This document shows, piece by piece, positions 14,403-28,767 of a DNA stretch of 64,000 nt. This DNA comes from Octopus vulgaris. Taxonomy: Eukaryota. The notes under the pieces were generated by a model. It saw nothing but the letters and a program-made list of their open reading frames with translations. It searched no databases and was not told where the DNA came from. How positions within the stretch are numbered: the stretch's first letter is position 1; each line of letters begins with the position of its first letter. A program made the position numbers and the translations under genes. Location: NCBI GenBank assembly GCA_951406725.2, contig OX597832.1, forward strand, positions 16,988,001 to 17,052,000. Direction: 5' to 3'.

Positions 14403-16269
14403 TTTTAAATATCTATTTCTACTCTAGAGATATTGAAGAGTACCCCTGTCAATTGCCGTTTTCTTTTTACGTATCTCCATAACACGGTACCTGTGTACCT
14501 GTGTACCGGAAAGATACTTCAGCGTCCAATGATACGGATTCTATCTTAGAGAGGTACCTAAGTATACCGTACAGATCACTCAGTTATTATCAGTGAAACC
14601 GATCATCTTTAATTGTGGATACCGTACACTTATGTCTCTCTACTAATCTAATGTGCTCTATCGATATATGATCTGAATAACCTCTTACGTTTGAACCATA
14701 TTCACATTGGAACATTCCTTCTGTTATACAGTCCGAAACCGATGAATTGGTATATGAGACTTTTTTACTCTCTATTACTTGGGGGTCAACAAAATGTCTC
14801 TACCCTACATATAAATGTCGGAACAACAGGACTAAACTTTTGGGGTGCGCAAACATGTTCCCAAATCAGCTGTTGGTCAGTGACAATCACTAGTCATTAG
14901 GTGCAGTCATTATTGCTCTTTACATGTAGTACTAGGGACTCAGCAAATGCATCGTGAAAATTCACTGTACCTCTTCATCCAAACCTTTCTTGGGACAGCA
15001 CAGCTATTTTCTCGCCTGATTGCGATGGACGACTTTATGTCAATATTTTGTACTTTTCAAAACTGCGCGCGTGTGCGTACGCTTACAAAATTGTTTTAAT
15101 GAATGAGATTGCTAGGTAAGTGACTTGGCTTCCTAAATGTTCCCAGAATATGTACGTTTATTCTGAATGAGGCTATATGTGTTGGAGAAGAAACACAGAT
15201 TGTACCCACGACTTGGTCTTTAATATATATTATCCGGTCTTTGCCTTAAAACCACCAAAGCAGCTAGAAGTTTGAGCATTACAGTAAGCGGCTGACGCTA
15301 TAGATTTTAGCTATGTTTTGCAGACCAATTCCTCTGTTTCTTTCTATTTGGCCGCCACTTTGTCTGCATATCTTTTTCTCATATACCGGACCAATTCAGT
15401 TTTATATAACGGTGTTCATAACGTGTGCGTGTGTATATGTGTGTGTATGTGCGCGTGTGTATGTGTCTGTTTGTGTGTGCGCTTGCCTGCTTGCAGTTAC
15501 TGTTGGATTTGTTAAAATTCTTGTTAGAATTTTTGAAGTTCATTGTGATAGTAATGCGTTTATCTGTTAATGGTGCTGATGTAATTTGCGATTTTATTAT
15601 TTTTTGCTATCTTCATGTCATTTTGGCGCCTGTGCTTGTTGTGACATTTTTGTTGATATTTTAATTAAAAACTGTTTATTTGTTGTTGAATATGGACATT
15701 GGATTCTTTCTTTTCTGGCTCCTGACTTGAAACTTTTCGTCTCTCTCAGAAAAGAAATTATCTTTCTTTAGTATTCCCCCTTGCTAGAACCAGATCTACA
15801 TGTATTCGTTAAAAAAGTTTAACAATTTTTGTGTTACTACATTCACAGAAATATACTCCAAAGATCACAATCACTTATGAAGAAACACATATATGTACGT
15901 GGATTGTGATACATGGCCTTTATACAAATCATTGTGATACATGGCTTTTCTGCACATTAGATGGTACCAATAAACCTGCGGTCACTTCTACCGAGACATT
16001 TGTAGACAAACACAGGCAACTGACGGTTCAATAACAGTCCCCTTGACCCTCTCTTCAAGATTAATCCAAATTTTCCCTCATCAAATAACTGGCCTATCGT
16101 TGTCTGCACCAAGGAAATGGTCCGAGTTAAAAGTCCCACTCCTTGCAATACGCACGACAGATACTGATTGAAACCAATCAGATATGCTGTAGTTACAACA
16201 TTTCCACATAAACATATACATATTCACATGAGCACATACAAATCAGAATATATACACAAAGAAATTCAC

Positions 16270-16490
16270 GGATCTTTACCTTTTGACCGGCAGATTTAGA
16301 AAATAATTTTTAGTCACTAAACACTTTCAAACTTCGGACACTGGTAGAATGTGTCATATAAAACATTTTTTACTCCTAGCATTTTTGAGAAAAATTTATA
16401 TATGACATATTCTACCAGTATACGAAGTTTGAAAGTGTTTAGTTACAGAAAAATTATTTTCTAAATCTGCCGGTCAAAGGTTAAAGATCC
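16270..16490. mobile_element. MITE, ~100-bp imperfect TIRs starting GGATCTTT, 8-bp TSD
   Basis: ggatctttaccttttgaccggcagatttagaaaataa... / ...ttattttctaaatctgccggtcaaaggttaaagatcc. TSD aaattcac at 16262-16269 and 16491-16498. Confidence 0.9.
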
Positions 16491-16624
16491 AAATTCACTT
16501 AACCCTATTCAGGTCTGAGGAATCAGAAGAAAGCTGGCGTGGATTATAATGAATTGAACATAAAATTACATAACTTATGTCTACACTGTAAATAGTATTG
16601 TCTTCTGTAATTCTACAATTTCAG

Positions 16625-16657
16625 CATACATATATACATACATACACAAACACGTAT

Positions 16658-16709
<52 letters not shown>

Positions 16710-17032
16710 GCATATTCATATATCCAAATATTAATATGTGTAGGAACGTGTTATATGTATGTACATGTATATCTATATTTATATACGTGTCTACATACAT
16801 ATATACATGTGCGTGTGTGTCTGTGAGTATGTGTGTGCGTGTGTACATAGCCATGTGCATGCGTGTTAATATGTGTGTTTCTGTGTGAAAATAGACACAT
16901 ATATTTGCTGTATAGCTGATAAAAAATTTGGCTGACGTGTAATGTTTTAGCTGATTCAGAGACAAGATCAATATCTTTCATAAATATAACATTAAAAAAA
17001 TGATCACAATTAACAAGAATCAAAACCAAAGC

Positions 17033-17091
<59 letters not shown>

Positions 17092-17112
17092 TGTATATAT
17101 ATAGATACATAT

Positions 17113-17159
<47 letters not shown>

Positions 17160-17176
17160 GTGTGTCTATATATATA

Positions 17177-17214
<38 letters not shown>

Positions 17215-17234
17215 TATGTATACATATATATATG

Positions 17235-17314
<80 letters not shown>

Positions 17315-17925
17315 GTCATATATTTCAATAAAATAGATTGTTTCTGTACAAGCGCTTCTTTTCTTTCTTTTCATGTACAAGAACTTTGAGTTAGAGAACC
17401 ATTCGGAACTGTATAGTTATCCCTAAAAGTGTATCATATTTTAGGTATTCAATAACCAAACTGATTTCTCAACACAACTTATCTAATGTCATAGAAAGAA
17501 GAACAATACTTTATATCGAGTAAACAAATCTATTTCCAGTTATCTTTTATTTATATATGTGTTTATTTATATAGATTTATTTATATTGCATTTAACTTCT
17601 TTCTTTATTTATTTTTCTCTCTCTCTCTCTCTGAAAGTACTGTCTACTTAATGTATATCTGAATTTCTATGTAAGTGTATGGAGGACTATAACTATCATA
17701 TAAATAGTATTATCTAAATAGATATATTGGGACATATGTGTGTATACGTATGTCTGACTCTGTGTGCGTGTGTGTGTGCTGTGTACATATGTATACACAC
17801 GTATGTATATATGAATATGTGTATGTATACAGATATATAAACATACACACACACATTCATACATATATATATATATATATATATGTATGTATATATATGT
17901 ATATATATATAAATATATATATACA

Positions 17926-17968
<43 letters not shown>

Positions 17969-18030
17969 ATATATATATACAATATATATATATGTATGTA
18001 TGTACATATATACATATACATATATAGATA
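16625..18030. repeat. (TA)n/(TG)n microsatellite zone
   Basis: Directly visible. Confidence 0.9.
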
Positions 18031-19141
18031 TATTGTTTTAATGAACATGATTATTAATATAAAAATTATCCAATAGAAGTCATCGGTCCTTGTCTTTTGG
18101 AAAAGATAATACTGTATCGGAAACTTTCTATTCTTATTCTACTATATATACAGAGGGAGAGAGAGAGAGGGTAACGAATATTCTCTAATAATAATGGGCT
18201 ACAAGAGGTTGATATTTCTACTGATTTGCATATTGTCAGCTGTTGGCAGATGTACTTTCCACAAAGTTTGCTAAGCAGTGTAAATTGGTGTAAGAACTGG
18301 CATCCTCTACAATCTAAGGAGCGAACTGTCATGAAGAAAATTCCTGTATTAGAAGTTACTTATCTTTACCATCACGGTTGCCCAGCGCAATAAACACCTT
18401 CCTATATATGTCTGTTTGTTATTTGTAGTTACGCACATTTGTCAATGATGTTAGAGGTGATCAAAGTTAGATAGCAATGATGTCTTCTGTCCAAATATCT
18501 AATCATTGAAATATAACGGCTAGTAGAAAATATCAAGTTGTTTTTGCAACACGGAATCTATGATACCCAGCAAAGCCTACCAGCTCTCTGTTATGAAAAA
18601 TATACTATTATGCGAATTCCTTATTATCACACGAATTTAAAGAGATACAGTAAAATATTTCGCCCAACGCACTCACTGCTCTGTCACTTTACTCACTTCA
18701 TTGATTCTACCTAAAGTTGACAAAATAATGCAGATGTTCAATCCACTGCATTGGAGTCTGGTCTTCTTTTATGTATTTGTTCAGTATTAAATGACTCAGA
18801 GAAATATGAACCTGGCTCTTATATTCATTGAAGAATTAATTCCAGCACCATTCATTTGATGTTACCTTACCTTCATGTGTCTCCTCAGTTCTTTGCGGAT
18901 TTATAACAGCAACATTGTGAATACATTTGACCGCCATTAATCTTCAGTTTTGACCAAAACAGATTATTCCCAAAAGAGTACCCAATTCCAAATATTAGGT
19001 TGGTATTTTATTTATTGATGTCTAAAGGAAATGCTGAATTCAGCTAGGTTTGAACGTAGCCCGTAGAGAAGTGAAAAGAATACTGCTCGTGTTATTTTTC
19101 TTTGAGAAGTGGCTAACTTACCTGTCTATTGGTCCACATTG

Positions 19142-19537
19142 TTTTTCTAATTTAGGTACAAGGTCCGAAATTTTGGGGGAAGTGGTGAGCAGTAGATTAG
19201 ATCGACCCTAGTACGCAACTGGTACATAATTTATCGACCCCGAAAGGATAAGAGGCAAAGTCGACCTTGGCGGAATTTGAACTCTGAACGTAAAAATAGA
19301 CAAAATACCTATTTCCTTACTACCCACAATGGGCTAAAAACAGAGAGGACAAACAATGACAGACAAACGGACCAAGCCGATAATATCGACCCCAGTGCGT
19401 AACTGGTACTTATGCAATCGATCCCGAAAGATGAAAGGCAACGTCGACCTCGGCGGAATTTGAACTCAGAACGTAGCGGCAGACGAAATACGGCTACGCA
19501 TTTTGCCCGGCATGTTAACGTTTCTGCCAGCTTACCT
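19142..19537 (-). mobile_element. Chimeric SINE dimer (tail-A unit in tail-B SINE)
   Basis: Junction aaaatacc|tatttc at 19309/19310. Confidence 0.85.
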
Positions 19538-19570
19538 CATTAAAGATAGTATTTACTGAAGGGTCTTTTG

Positions 19571-19952
19571 TTTTCTACTCTAGGCACAATGCCCAAAATT
19601 TTTTAGGGGAGGTCCAGTCGATTAGAACGACTCTAGTATGCAACTGGTACTTAATTTATCGGCCCCAAATGGATGAAAGTCAAAGTCGTCCTCGGTGGAA
19701 TTTGAACTCAGAACGTAGCGGCAGACGAAACACCTATATCGTTACTACTCACAAGGGGCTAAACACAGAGAGGACAAACGGATTAAGTCGATTATATCGA
19801 CCCCAGTGCGTAACTGGTACTTAATTTATCGACCCCGAAAGGATGAAAGGCAAAGTCGACTTCGTCGGAATTTGAACTCAGAACGTAGCGGAAGACGAAA
19901 CAACGCTAAGCATTTCGACCGGCGTTCTAACGATTCTGCCAGCTCGCCGCCT
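19571..19952 (-). mobile_element. Chimeric SINE dimer (tail-A unit in tail-B SINE)
   Basis: Junction gaaacacc|tatatc at 19734/19735. Left tail ttttctactctaggcacaatgcccaaaatttttagggg. Confidence 0.85.
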
Positions 19953-20883
19953 TCCAACCTCACCAGTATCATCAACTATCTGTCCTCTCATCGATAGAAT
20001 ATTTAGCTGGTTATAGAGAACAGCAGAAAAACAAGTCAAGAAGAAACACCAAAATCTCTATATCACAGATTATTGTTGTTGATAGTGTTACAGAAATGTT
20101 AGGATGTTATAGTGTTGGAAAATTCAGCAAAACTAAAAAAGAAAAAAAATTATAAACTATGAAAATTCCGATGGAAATTACAAAGAAATATTATACACAT
20201 ATTGTCAACGTAGATCTTATTTTGGAGATCTAGTAAATACAATTATCGATCGGCTAATCTTATAAAAATTTAACAGATTGAAAAATGATTAAACATATTC
20301 TAGAGGTGCGCCAGGTACGACATATCTCAAAGTTGCATCGAATTTGTATCTTAGATCCACATTTCTAAATTTTTCTTTCACAACATTCAGAGTACGCAAT
20401 AGATAATCTCATAACACTAGATATAAGTTAACTTAAATAATTGAATAGTATATCATCAAAATGTTGCGTACAGCAGCCAAGATGAACGCTGTGTGACACT
20501 ATTCTTATCATTCTGTCTGTAAATTGAAGCGCTTTTCTACTGAACAGCAAGATATGACTTCATTTTTCTGAGGTAGATGCAGCATCGTCTTTTGGGAGTA
20601 TACGATAATATTTGTTTGTTACACCTTTGTCATTTGGTTCAGTATCATTAAATTAATTAGTTGCGTGATGAATATTTTTCGTATATATTGTGTATTGGGT
20701 GATAATTTTAGGTGGCATCTTCGTAGATTATGGGAAATGAGGTTTTGTGTTATACTATCAAGTTTGAAATTTCTATGGTCCGTGTGTTGTGCTATTATGG
20801 ATTATGTACTATACGATTTGAATACTGTTTGAATTTTACTATGTTAACTAGGAGGTGATTATTTAGAGCTATATACTGCAGTG

Positions 20884-21115
20884 TGGAGGCGCGTGGATTA
20901 GTGGTTAGGGTGTCAGCATCATGATCGAAAGATTGTGGCTTCGATTCCTGGACCGGGCAACGCGTTGTGTTCTTGAGCAAAACACTTCATCTCACGTTGC
21001 TCCAGTCCACTCAGCTGGCAAAAATGAGTAACGCTGCAATGGACTGGCGTCCCGTCCAGCTGGGGGAAACAGAGCCCATGAGCTTGGCTAGGATTTAAAA
21101 GGGTGCATTTATTTA
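20884..21115 (+). mobile_element. tRNA-derived SINE
   Basis: Head ggaggcgcgtggattagtggttagggtgtcag...gcttcgattcc followed by gttcttgagcaaaacactt core. Confidence 0.75.
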
Positions 21116-21333
21116 TTTTATATAGAACAGTGTATTATTCATGGGATTTATTTCCATGTCTGTGTGTGTGTGTTTGTTATAGTGGTCCGTGATTGAAAAT
21201 TCAACAAAAAGGTACACCATCTGGTGAGAGATAGGATTTATTTATTTAAAGGGTACAATACATGTGTTTAAGCTTTTTAATACAGGTATTGTGACTTTTA
21301 AATAAATAAATAATACGCATACGCAAACACACA

Positions 21334-21436
<103 letters not shown>

Positions 21437-21792
21437 TTATGTATATATGTATGTGTGTGTTTGTGTATGTCTCAAGGTGTATTATAATCTCTTGAAACAT
21501 GGCCGTACCTCAGTGGAGAGCGGGGTGCGTTAAGGTACGTTTTCCAGAATCTAAAACGAGGAGACGATTGAGAAAGTTCGGCGAATAGTCATGAGAGATC
21601 GGTATTTTTCCGCCAACCAGCCACCATGCTTGATCGCTAAATCCACAGGGTTTTTTTTTTTAATCTCTCTCTGTGTATTTTCTCCTATGCCTTTCTACGG
21701 AACATCGTAGGCTCGAAACTTAAAATACTTTCTCACTTTCCCGAGCATCAAACTGATACACCTGCTTGCTGTTCATATATATATATATATAG

Positions 21793-22250
21793 TCACCAAA
21801 AGCGACTAAGGTTGCAAGGCAGTACCAGCATCGCTAGAAACAAGAGTCAAAGGTTCTTTAGCCACGAACAAAGCAGAGTTCTATGTACTGATGTGGGAGA
21901 CAACCTCCCCACAGCAAGAAAGATCAACAGATTGTCACGCCAGTTTCGCATGAAATTTATGCTCATTGGTAATGGTACTCCGTTGCTCGTCGTGAAGCTG
22001 AATTGCCCCTGTCAGTATATATAGAATTTATCATCAGTGTCAATGGTTCATCAGCTAATTGGAAGTGTGCAAATTATAATTATGGTTGCTAATTTAAAAC
22101 CGAAAAGGAAAGGATTCGCCGTCACTAAAAGTGACTAATGCTGCGGGACAGTACCAGTATTGTTAGAAACAAAAGTCAAATACAATTTAATCACGAACAA
22201 AGCACTGTTCTGTGTACTGACAAGGGTGACGATCTGCCCACGGCTCTTCC
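21793..22250 (+). repeat. Two diverged copies of a ~130-bp unclassified repeat (third copy at ~2060-2180)
   Basis: Shared agtaccagcatcgctagaaacaagagtcaaa...tgtactga motif. Confidence 0.55.
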
Positions 22251-22418
22251 TGTTTCTCTTATTTTTTATATGCTCAGCAGACACTGTGGAATTCCTGAAG
22301 CAGATCCAATAGCATCTGTATTAATAAAGCAGACGAGTTCAGGTAGCCATATGCTGTGAAAGTGTTTTAATCGGCATACTACCAGATGTATACCAAGGTG
22401 TAGATATCTATGTACTTG

Positions 22419-22452
<34 letters not shown>

Positions 22453-22453
22453 C

Positions 22454-22535
<82 letters not shown>

Positions 22536-22938
22536 CTATGTTACTTTATTAGCCACACAGGGTTGCATACAGACGGGACAGATTACAAGATAGAGCTTTT
22601 CTTTATGGGGGGAAAAGAAAATACGTGGGGTAGGTTTTCGATCAAAAGGGATCGCAAAAAGAAAGAAAGATAAAAACTATCAATAGGGATCGTGTATCAC
22701 AATAATGTCATGATGTAAAGTGTAAAGAGGGAAGTAGATAGGATTTATCCGTGGAAATAAAAGCCTACGGAAAAGGCTATGGTAACCTCGGTCAATACTG
22801 TTACATGTTAACACATTTGTTTGCAAGTAGGTAACCCTCTGTTTCAAATTTTTCCGGGTTCATAGGATTATGCTCAAGGTCGCTTCGTCATTCATACGTG
22901 CCATCCTTGCTACATTCACCCATCTTCTTTTGAAACAT
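22536..22938 (-). mobile_element. 5'-truncated Tx1-like LINE (end of ORF2 + 3' UTR) inside (GATA)n
   Basis: 22860-22937 (minus) encodes CFKRRWVNVARMARMNDEATLSIIL*, similar to the LINE ORF2 end TFRKRWKYVARVLCVQGTV*. It has a related 3' tail and GATA repeats on both sides. Confidence 0.75.
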
Positions 22939-22965
22939 TAGGTAGATAGATAGATAGATAGATAG

Positions 22966-23029
<64 letters not shown>

Positions 23030-23065
23030 TTATAGATAGATAGATAGATAAATGATAGATAGATA

Positions 23066-23486
23066 AGTTTCTTTATTGGCCACACAGGGCTGCACACAGA
23101 TGGGACAAATTACAAGGTAGAGCTTTTCTTTTGAGGGGATGAAAAAAACAAAAAACAAAAACAAACAGAAACAAAAAAAGTGGCGTAGGTTTTCGATCAA
23201 AAGGGATCGTAAAAGGGGAAAAAAAAAGAAAAAAAGAAAAGAAACAAGAGAAAAGAAAAAGGAAAAAAGAAGAAAAAAGAGGAAAAAAGGAGAAGAGGGA
23301 AAAAAACGATCAATAGGGATCGTGTATCACAGTGTCATGATGTACGGTGTAAAGGAGCAAGCAGATAAGGTTTATCCGTGGGAAGAAAAGCCTACGAAAA
23401 ACACTACGGTAACCTCGGTCAATATTGCTTTATGTTACCACATTTGTTTGCAATTGGGTAACCCTGTGATTTCAATATCTGGGTTT
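23066..23486 (-). mobile_element. Second, shorter copy of the same Tx1-like 3' UTR inside (GATA)n
   Basis: Collinear with 22541-22860 but diverged and with longer purine tracts. Flanked by GATA repeats. Confidence 0.75.
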
Positions 23487-23506
23487 AGATAGGTAGATAA
23501 ATAGAT

Positions 23507-23615
<109 letters not shown>

Positions 23616-24017
23616 TCAGTGTCATAATTGCGTGTATGTGAAGCTGAAACCTGACCTTTCCTGTCTCCTTTTAGTGCAGGGCTCCTGAGTTATTTTGATA
23701 TTCCACTCCTATTTACTTCTCTTTCAATGCTTGCAGGATATTAAGCGTGGAGAGTGTTTTCGTTTCCTATTTTTGTCTCTGTAGCGTATCTTGAAATTCT
23801 GTTTTCAATTTTATGCCTCACACCCACTCTTCATGCTGTTTTGTGTTTATCAAAACTTCCTTCTTTGCTGTACTTCAGCATTGTCCTTTAGTTGTTTATT
23901 TTTTGTGTCTAAAGAAAAGCTAATTCTAAAAATAAAATTATTTACATCCCCTTAATTTGCATGCTGCTGTTTCTTTTCGATGACTCTCTATTTTTGACAA
24001 ATATCATTCTCTCTCTC

Positions 24018-24077
<60 letters not shown>

Positions 24078-24764
24078 CAAGTTTATCATATGACAACAAT
24101 ATTGTTTTTAGTATTGTAGATTCTGAATGCTCTCGATGAATTTCTAATTTTCATCTTAATTACTTTCACTTTGGCAATTTACGATCTCTTGTGTTATCAC
24201 CTGGATAGACATTATGTTTATACCAATCACCTAGCTAAAACAAATTTGATCACTTTTTTAAGCATTAAGATTATATACAAAGCCGGACACACATACCCTA
24301 TGTGTGCGTTTAAGTTTATCTGACGTTTGCGTTTTGTAAGGCGCAACGGAATATAATCTCAATGCCCTTTGTATAAAAACGCCCGAAAGCAGGTCATTGC
24401 CAGGTGAGACACTCACACCAGATCTCTTTTCTCGGAGCTATAGACATCGATGTTTCGTCAATGTTCTGACTTCTTAATGCCGCGTACTGAACTGTCCAAT
24501 TGTGAGCTGTGAGCCGTCCAACTGGCTATTCTTTTCTACTCTAGGTTACAAAGAACGAAATTTTGGGGGAGGGGGCCAGTCGATTAGATCGTCCCCGTCA
24601 CACAACCGGTACTTAATTTATCTACTCCGAAAGGATGAATGGCAAAGCCAACCTCAGCGGAATTTGAACTCAGAATGTTCAACTGGCTATTGCTATATGC
24701 TAAATGCTTTAAGAACCAATTGCAGGCACGTCACACTATGTCATTAAGATTATATTATATTACA

Positions 24765-25158
24765 CTAGCAGTATCGCCCGGCGTTGCTCGGGTTTGTAAG
24801 GGAAATAACTATATAAGCATTTTTAGAGAGTTATAGCCAACAGATAGCAAAAAAATGCATTAAAAATGGAAAAAAAATTATAATTTTATTTTTAAATCGT
24901 TGACTCATCGTAGACATTTTTAGAGAGTTACTTCCCTTATATAATAGCGAAAAATGCATTAAAATGGAAAAAAATGATGGTAAATTATTTTTTAAATCGT
25001 AGACTCATCGTAGACGCGCGCTAATACCAAGAAGGGCTCGATATGAATCACGACTATAAGATACCCGGTTTTGGTGAAACTGCACCTCAAAATGTGGGAG
25101 TAGTTAGGAATCTAAATCGTAGGAGACAGACACACAACATGACTTTTATATATAAAGA
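24765..25158 (-). mobile_element. Non-autonomous Helitron
   Basis: Minus strand starts TCtttatatataaaag and ends CTAG, with subterminal hairpin cccgagcaacgccggg. Inserted between A and T with no TSD. Confidence 0.85.
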
Positions 25159-25799
25159 TTTTCTTGTTACTTCCATTTATTTTACGTGACACTTTGGCAG
25201 ACTCGCTAGATATACTCGGGATATTTATTCCATATCTCAGCATTCTGATGTAAAATACCATTGAAATATCATCAGTTTTATATTTAATCGAGTCGATATG
25301 TGTCGAGCTTGGACGATAAGCGCCAAGCTAGGATTATCAGAATTGTAAGAGTACTTTGTGCATCTGCTGTGGTTCTTTTAGTTCAAATTTCAAATCTTCC
25401 TGTGGCCTCCTTCGGTAGCAGTATTTATAAGATTTATCATGTGTCAATGGTTCATTAAGCTAATTGGAATTCAGCTTCATCAGCCGGTATAGGTGCCTTT
25501 TGGTGAGTTCTCTCTGTTGTATGCATTCTGGGTTGATTATATCATCTGGGTTGATTATATCATCTTTCCTTTCCGCCACCAACTGAGGTTTGTAAAGAGA
25601 CACAGTCAATTTATCTCCACATACTGAAGACGAAATGGAAAATTTTTCAGTGCATTATATCGAATCATATTCATCTGTTACTACCTTCACATAAAAAGTT
25701 GCTTCTATTTTAAATTCAGTAATTCTTATTGTGTTACATAATATAGATATAAGAGATTTATAAGCTGCTGTCAAAGAAGTTATATTTTAGTGCCTTCTG

Positions 25800-26700
25800 G
25801 TGATAGTGCAGCGGATTCTATTTATCTTCAAGTTGTTAGTTTTGCTTTGTTTATTAGCATAAATCATTGAATAGCGTTGTAACAGATGTTTTCTTCAAGA
25901 CTTTATTTCTTAAATGGCAGTAACTTTCTAGTTGCTTCCAGTCTATTCTCAACTTACTCGCAGTTCTACGCTCAAATTTCCATGTTCTCAACCCATTGTA
26001 AGATATGTTCTTAGTTTTGGTCCTTCTAAGAATAGTTTGAATATGTTTGTTCAGCAGGATATACACTCTTTTACATCCCTACTAAACGCTTTAAAACTTT
26101 TGCTTAGGTCTTCAGCTGGGAATTGATACTCGTAAACAATTTCGAATCATCCATCAAGGGAAGATTTTGTTTTTCGTTTGTTTGTAAGATTTAGAATCTG
26201 TAGGGATTTCATTTACACAATTTGTTAACCGAGTCAGTTAGGCAAACAGATATATAAGATACACAGCCGCTCTGTAAATGACTGTTCCTTATGGGTATAA
26301 CCGTGTTCTTCGTTAAATCTTGGCCTTCTAGTCTAATTGTTGTTTACCACTTCCAAGTTGCACGGTTCTTTTACATGTTTCGAACTGAATGTATTTCATT
26401 GATAAGGAGTACATTGACCATTAAAGGGACTAGAATCTTATCAAATGTTTTACGCTAACAACTTGTGTCATTGCGATGTATTTTTATATTTTCACAGCCT
26501 TCAAATATTTTTCAGTTCCCCAGCAGCTGTTTTATTAACACATAACCCTTACTGACACACGATATTATTATATTTCCTTATTTTCCAGCATTTGATATAT
26601 TAGCGGTGCGAGGGTTTTTATAAGTTGTCAAACAAACTATTACTTTAGGGTCTCTGCTGCTTTGGTTATGAGCAATCTGTATTCTAACCCCCTTTATTAA
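25800..26700 (-). pseudogene. Highly decayed non-LTR RT region (R4/Dong-like)
   Basis: Minus strand LMDDSKLF (cf. YMDDLKLY) near 26135-26160, followed by FSRDV. Heavily frameshifted. Confidence 0.4.
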
Positions 26701-27399
26701 TCCTCTAGATGTTAATTTCGATTTCTTCCTTAATTCATTGAAAGATCGTGTCAGAGATCAATGACAGCTAGTCAGCTGCTTCATCGACGCCTTGGCGGTT
26801 CTTAAATAGCAGAAACTTTGCCGATGTGTCGTGTCTTTGGAGTGATAATGAGTGCTAGTTATGGTGAGCGAAGCATAGAGTGTTATTGATTTTTTCTTAA
26901 GCCTTTTTCTTTTCATCTCTTCTTCCCTTTGACTACGTGAATGTTTCCTTTCATATTTTCTTGCAATGCGTTTGAACTTCCGTTGTTTATGTTTGGCATG
27001 TCATTCATATTTTTGGCTTAAATTTTTAAGTCATATTTATTTATTTATATTTTCAAGTTACATTTATTTATTTTTGTTCATGCCCCCATTAAAATGGTTT
27101 TCTTTTAGATTCAAAGAGTTTTCCCTCCTGAAAGAAGAACTCATGCGTTCCGTAGCGTCTTGCTCGGAGAAAATTTCGGGTTATAATGTGCTTGATCTTT
27201 TCGTTTGCTTCCAAGAGGTCCTTGTCTCAATTTATATGTTTTTTTTAAGTTGTTTGCTCATTTTTTCCCTTTTTCTTTTGAGAAACTTCATCACACACCT
27301 TTTCTCCCTCACTAAATATAAGTATTTCTTTCTGGAGATTATTGGGGCATTTTTCCAATTTTATGTATTGCATCCATTCTTGAAGTTTTTTATATGTAT

Positions 27400-27786
27400 G
27401 GCAACGTAAGATATTATATTATTCGGTTCAAACCTGGTTTCCATCGATGCTACAATGGCTACAAAATGGATGAGATCAATCCACCTATTCATATCAGATA
27501 ATGGTTCTCTGAACACAATTCTCGGTAAAGGTGAGTTATGTCTAGCTATTTGGTGAAGCGCTACGGATGTTTCAAATTTATCGATGTATAGATATTTTAT
27601 TCTGCTCTGTACAAGATCCACTGTTGATTCGATTAATCTATTGTAATATATATATATATATATGTGGGTAAAGGCATGGGTGTGTAGTAAGACGCTTGTT
27701 TCCCAGCCACACGGTTCCGAGTTCAGTCCTACTGCGTAGCACCTTAGCTAAGTGGATCTGGTAGACAGAAACTAAAAGCACCCAGT

Positions 27787-27823
<37 letters not shown>

Positions 27824-28380
27824 TACTTATCGCTTGAAAACCGATGTTGTGGTGTTTGCATCCCCGTAACTTAGCGGTTCGGCAAAAGAGACCGACAGAA
27901 TAAGTCCCGGGGTTGATATGCTCGACGACTAAAGACGGTGCTCCAGTATGGCCACATTCAATTGACTGAAACAAGTAAAAGAGTAAAAGAGAGTAAAGAG
28001 ATATTGGGCGTTGGTATTCAGATCGTTATCCTTTCAGTAAATTTTACAAGATTATATCTCATTTTTGGGTATCATACCACATCTTTTATTAATGGAATAT
28101 GTGTACCTGCGTTAATTTCACGTATGCAGTGGATACTGTAATATATTAACGCTATATTACAAAAGCATATTTTTTCTATTCGTAACCCTTTACATTCAAT
28201 TGTTTTCTTCCTTTCGTCAAGATGTGTTTCATAACGTTTGTCTAATGAGTTGCGTTGCAATCTGTTCATTCGTTGAAGTAATGTCCGATCATTTTGTTTT
28301 ATTTGTAGCGCACATTTCTTTCTACTAAAAACGTGTTACATTATCATTGTCTATTATATATCACTTAACAACATTAGAGT
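27400..28380 (-). pseudogene. Possible Penelope-like RT fossil split by a SINE
   Basis: IKYLY...VASMETRFEPNNIISYV resembles DVKSLYT...GxAMGTxxAPxYANxYM. Weak match. Confidence 0.35.
27667..27995 (+). mobile_element. Second-family SINE copy (internal deletions)
   Basis: Reverse-complement homology to 2822-3245. Confidence 0.8.
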
Positions 28381-28411
28381 GTTTAGATTTCTATCTTCTA
28401 CCTACAGCGAG

Positions 28412-28642
28412 GGCGGCGAGCTGGCAGAAACGTTAGCACACCGGGCGAAATGCGTAGCCGTATTTCCTCTGCCGTTACGTTCTGAGTTCAAATTCATCCG
28501 AGGTCGACTTTGCCTTTCAACCTTTCGGGGTCGATAAATAAAGTACCAGTTATGCACTGAGGTCGATGTAATCGACTTAATCCATTCGTCTGTCCTTGTT
28601 CGTCCCCTCTGTGTTTAGCCCCTTGTGAGTAGTAAAGAAATA
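28412..28642 (+). mobile_element. Solo full-length tail-A SINE with 15-bp TSD
   Basis: TSD tatcttctacctaca at 28392-28406 and 28643-28657. Confidence 0.9.
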
Positions 28643-28767
28643 TATCTTCTACCTACATCTTCCCTCCTTTTTTGGTTTGTGTGTATGTACTTTTTTTTTC
28701 ATAATTGTTAGTCATTTTTAATGAGCACTCGTCGGTTAGGCATATTGTTAAGTATAACAGGAGTGTT

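Noticed and set aside
28412-28500. SINE heads as functional tRNA genes
   Set aside because: A/B boxes are present but there is no complete cloverleaf, and they continue into SINE core and tail with TSDs.
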